Assembly: GCA_036478295.1 (NCBI GenBank)
Contig: JAZGDW010000223.1
Location: 1-24,024, forward strand
Length of the DNA stretch: 24,024 nucleotides
Source: Candidatus Krumholzibacteriia bacterium
GTDB lineage: Bacteria > Krumholzibacteriota > Krumholzibacteriia > WVZY01
Direction of reading: 5' to 3'
Below, one piece after another: positions 23,127 to 24,024 of this stretch. The notes below the pieces were generated by a model. It had not been told where the DNA came from. It ran no database searches and saw only the letters and a program-made list of their open reading frames with translations. The translations under genes were made by a program, and so were the position numbers. Numbering within the stretch: the stretch's first letter is position 1; every line of letters starts with the position of its first letter.

Positions 23127-24024
23127 TTACTTCAGAAGAACCATCTTCTTCGTCTGTATGAAGTTCGTAGCCACCAGCTTGTAGAAGTACACTCCCGACG
23201 ACACGGTCTGACCGGCATTGTTCTTGCCGTTCCATGGCGCCGCAAAGAGTGCTTCCTGCGGGGTCTGGACCTCGTTCACCAGCGTCCTAACCAACTGTCC
23301 GGCCGCATTGTAGACCTTCAGCGACACGTGACCCGCCTCTTTGATCGAGTACTCGATCCTCGTGGTCGGGTTGAACGGGTTCGGATAGTTGGCCTTCAAG
23401 GCGTTCGCGAACTGCGGCGCACCGGGGAAACCCACCGGCAGGTTGAGAGGAGTCCCCAGGAAGTTCTGAATGACGTTCTCCAGGTGCGTCACACGCGCCG
23501 GGAAACTCCCCGGGGTTCCGAGGTCACGGATATAGTTGTAGCTATGCCCGGACAGCACGAAGCGCGCGGTGCTCGCAGCCGAGTTCGGCGTCGTCTGGGT
23601 AAGGGTGTAGGTCAGACCGCTACTCGTATTGTTATACGCGGCAACGGAGAGACCCGTGGCTTGCAGAAGATCGAAGTCGTTGATCGCCGCACAGCCACCG
23701 TAGGCTACATACTGTTCCCCGGCGTTCCACGTGTCCACTCCATCCAGGACCGGGCTGATCGGCTCGCCGGCGTTCTTGTGATCGCCCCCGGGAGATAGCG
23801 GGTCCAGGTTGAAGTTCATGTAGATCGACCGCGTGTTCACTGCGGACGCGCCCGTCAGCACGGTGGCCCAATCCGTCGCGGCGTCGTCTGCACTATACCA
23901 GACGCCCGGATTGTTGTCGTCCAGATCCAGGAACGTGAAGATCAGGTCGAAGTCCGGAGACTTATCCGCACTTCCGCCACCGGCAAACACGCCGCCGTCG
24001 TTCATCAGAGTGGACGACAGGTTG
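23127..24024 (-). CDS. Large secreted protein with T9SS type-A/FlgD Ig-like C-terminal domain (5'-truncated by the window edge)
   Basis: Frame is open to the window edge (NLSSTL precedes the Met at 24005); C-terminus ALKANYPNPFNPTTRIEYSI..VSLKVYNAAGQLVRTLV..WNGKNNAGQTVSSGVYFYKL..TKKMVLLK. Confidence 0.9.
   Translation of the reverse strand, partial: NLSSTLMNDGGVFAGGGSADKSPDFDLIFTFLDLDDNNPGVWYSADDAATDWATVLTGASAVNTRSIYMNFNLDPLSPGGDHKNAGEPISPVLDGVDTWNAGEQYVAYGGCAAINDFDLLQATGLSVAAYNNTSSGLTYTLTQTTPNSAASTARFVLSGHSYNYIRDLGTPGSFPARVTHLENVIQNFLGTPLNLPVGFPGAPQFANALKANYPNPFNPTTRIEYSIKEAGHVSLKVYNAAGQLVRTLVNEVQTPQEALFAAPWNGKNNAGQTVSSGVYFYKLVATNFIQTKKMVLLK

Noticed and set aside
70..23798. Numerous long plus-strand ORFs (e.g. 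19759..20952, 13704..14660, 15600..16559, 8496..9404, 9405..10295)
   Set aside because: They are antisense shadows of well-supported minus-strand genes, expected in GC-rich DNA, and have no recognisable motifs.
1..24024. CRISPR array, tRNA/rRNA, IS or prophage genes
   Set aside because: No regularly spaced repeats, cloverleaf or rRNA-like segments, or transposase/integrase motifs were seen; intergenic gaps are all about 200 nt or less.

Overview
GC-rich bacterial window in which all 16 credible CDSs lie on the minus strand. T9SS/FlgD-type C-terminal sorting domains, a PorV/PorQ-like barrel and classical TTGACA/TATAAT-type promoters suggest a non-Bacteroidota FCB-superphylum lineage such as Krumholzibacteriota, Latescibacterota or Eisenbacteria (inference). 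In transcription order (right to left) there are three blocks. (1) The 3' end of a large secreted protein with a T9SS type-A/FlgD CTD, followed by a clear intrinsic terminator. (2) A ~10.7 kb cluster of four related lipoproteins built from repeated Ig/FN3-like modules, three of which are close ~780-aa paralogues with a C-terminal domain carrying 7 invariant Cys; a CTD-bearing secreted protein sits among them. (3) A probable ~12 kb operon with tightly coupled genes: aldehyde dehydrogenase, ppdK, a CDP-alcohol phosphatidyltransferase, a DUF4388 protein with a degenerate tandem MshEN-like motif, a DOMON/CBM9-like CTD protein, a PorV-like barrel, two probable outer-membrane beta-barrels (one fused to a CBM48/AMPK-beta-like glycogen-binding domain) and two CBM48 lipoproteins. 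The envelope module in block 3 has no SusC/SusD, TonB receptor or catalytic glycosidase in view and is the best candidate for an undescribed cell-envelope alpha-glucan binding/transport system. No RNA genes, CRISPR arrays or mobile elements were seen. All family calls are from motif recognition by eye; no searches were run.
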